A stretch of 24,309 nt of DNA, taken from contig QIGA01000267.1 in the NCBI GenBank assembly GCA_003229915.1, positions 1-24,309 of the forward strand, given 5' to 3'. Shown here piece after piece: positions 23,724 through 24,309 of this stretch (the first letter of the stretch is position 1; each line of letters starts with the position of its first letter). The notes beneath the pieces were generated by a model. The model saw only the letters and a program-made list of their open reading frames with translations. It had not been told where the DNA came from and did no database searches. The position numbers and the translations under genes are program-made. This stretch comes from Chloroflexota bacterium (GTDB lineage Bacteria; Chloroflexota; Dehalococcoidia; SZUA-161).

Positions 23724-24308
23724 GTGCGTGTGTTGACCAAAGGGGCACCCTGGCGACAAAGAATCAAGGAGATCCTGTCCCAGGGACAAAGAGAAGTAAT
23801 CATCAGAGAGGGGCTAAGGCCTTCGGCTGTGCTCGTTCCCGTCTACGAAAAGGGGGGAGAGTATTACATCGTTCTTACCAAGAGAAGCGAGGATGTGGAG
23901 CATCATAAGGGACAGATATCCTTTCCGGGTGGAGCCTACGATGAGGTAGACGGCGATCTGAGGGCCACCGCGCTCCGAGAGGCTTTTGAGGAGATCGGAA
24001 TTCGTGCTGAAGACGTTGAGATACTCGGCAAGTTGGATGACCAGGCAACCTTCACCAGCAATTTTGCCGTTACGCCTTTCGTCGGCGCTATCCCCTATCC
24101 CTACGATTTCAGGGTGAATCGAAAGGAGGTTGAGGAGTTGATCGAGGCGCCAGTGGCATCACTCTTGGATCCAGCTTGCTTCAGTCCTCAGACTCCGGAT
24201 TCTGAAGGTGAGCTTCATCCCTGTGGTTATTATCGTTACGGAGGGCACAGTATTACGGGGATTACCGCTGGGATATTGCAGCAGTTGCTGGCCCTGGTTT
24301 TCGGTTAA
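23724..24308 (+). CDS. Nudix hydrolase, CoA pyrophosphatase (NudL/PCD1-like) subfamily
   Basis: SAVLVPV..IVLTKRS..HKGQISFPGG followed by the Nudix box ATALREAFEEIG, VTPFVG, VNRKEVEELIEAPV, ITGITAGIL. The exact start codon is uncertain. Confidence 0.9.
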   Translation: MRVLTKGAPWRQRIKEILSQGQREVIIREGLRPSAVLVPVYEKGGEYYIVLTKRSEDVEHHKGQISFPGGAYDEVDGDLRATALREAFEEIGIRAEDVEILGKLDDQATFTSNFAVTPFVGAIPYPYDFRVNRKEVEELIEAPVASLLDPACFSPQTPDSEGELHPCGYYRYGGHSITGITAGILQQLLALVFG

Positions 24309-24309
24309 G

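Overview
Housekeeping chromosomal segment, most likely from a Chloroflexota/Dehalococcoidia-like bacterium (inferred from gene content and order, not searched). Left to right: (1) a tightly coupled minus-strand operon mtaB - CNNM/hemolysin-like - TIGR03936(DUF2344) - M48 peptidase - histidine phosphatase - tilS. tilS is absent from the ORF track because it has no stop codon inside the window. (2) A lone transglutaminase-like gene. (3) A divergent heat-shock locus, hsp20 <- -> dnaJ-like - hspR - clpC-type ATPase. (4) rplU-rpmA-rpmE-DUF1385, converging on hisI and hisA. (5) tRNA-Val(GAC)-thrS-infC-rpmI-rplT-pheS-pheT on the minus strand. (6) DUF151 nuclease - Zn-ribbon hypothetical - coaE - CoA-type Nudix hydrolase. 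I see no transposase, integrase, phage gene or CRISPR array, and no clearly new multi-gene system. The most unusual signals are small: an apparent AUU start for rplU alongside an AUA start for infC, an Hsp20 missing half of its alpha-crystallin domain by in-frame deletion, a 45-aa in-frame insert with an internal hairpin and flanking duplication in the DUF151 nuclease, several intergenic palindromic repeats (including a GTAG REP doublet), a 111-nt convergent overlap through conserved residues, and a stand-alone DUF2344 gene between two tRNA-modification genes. All calls come from manual reading and motif recognition; no database was searched.
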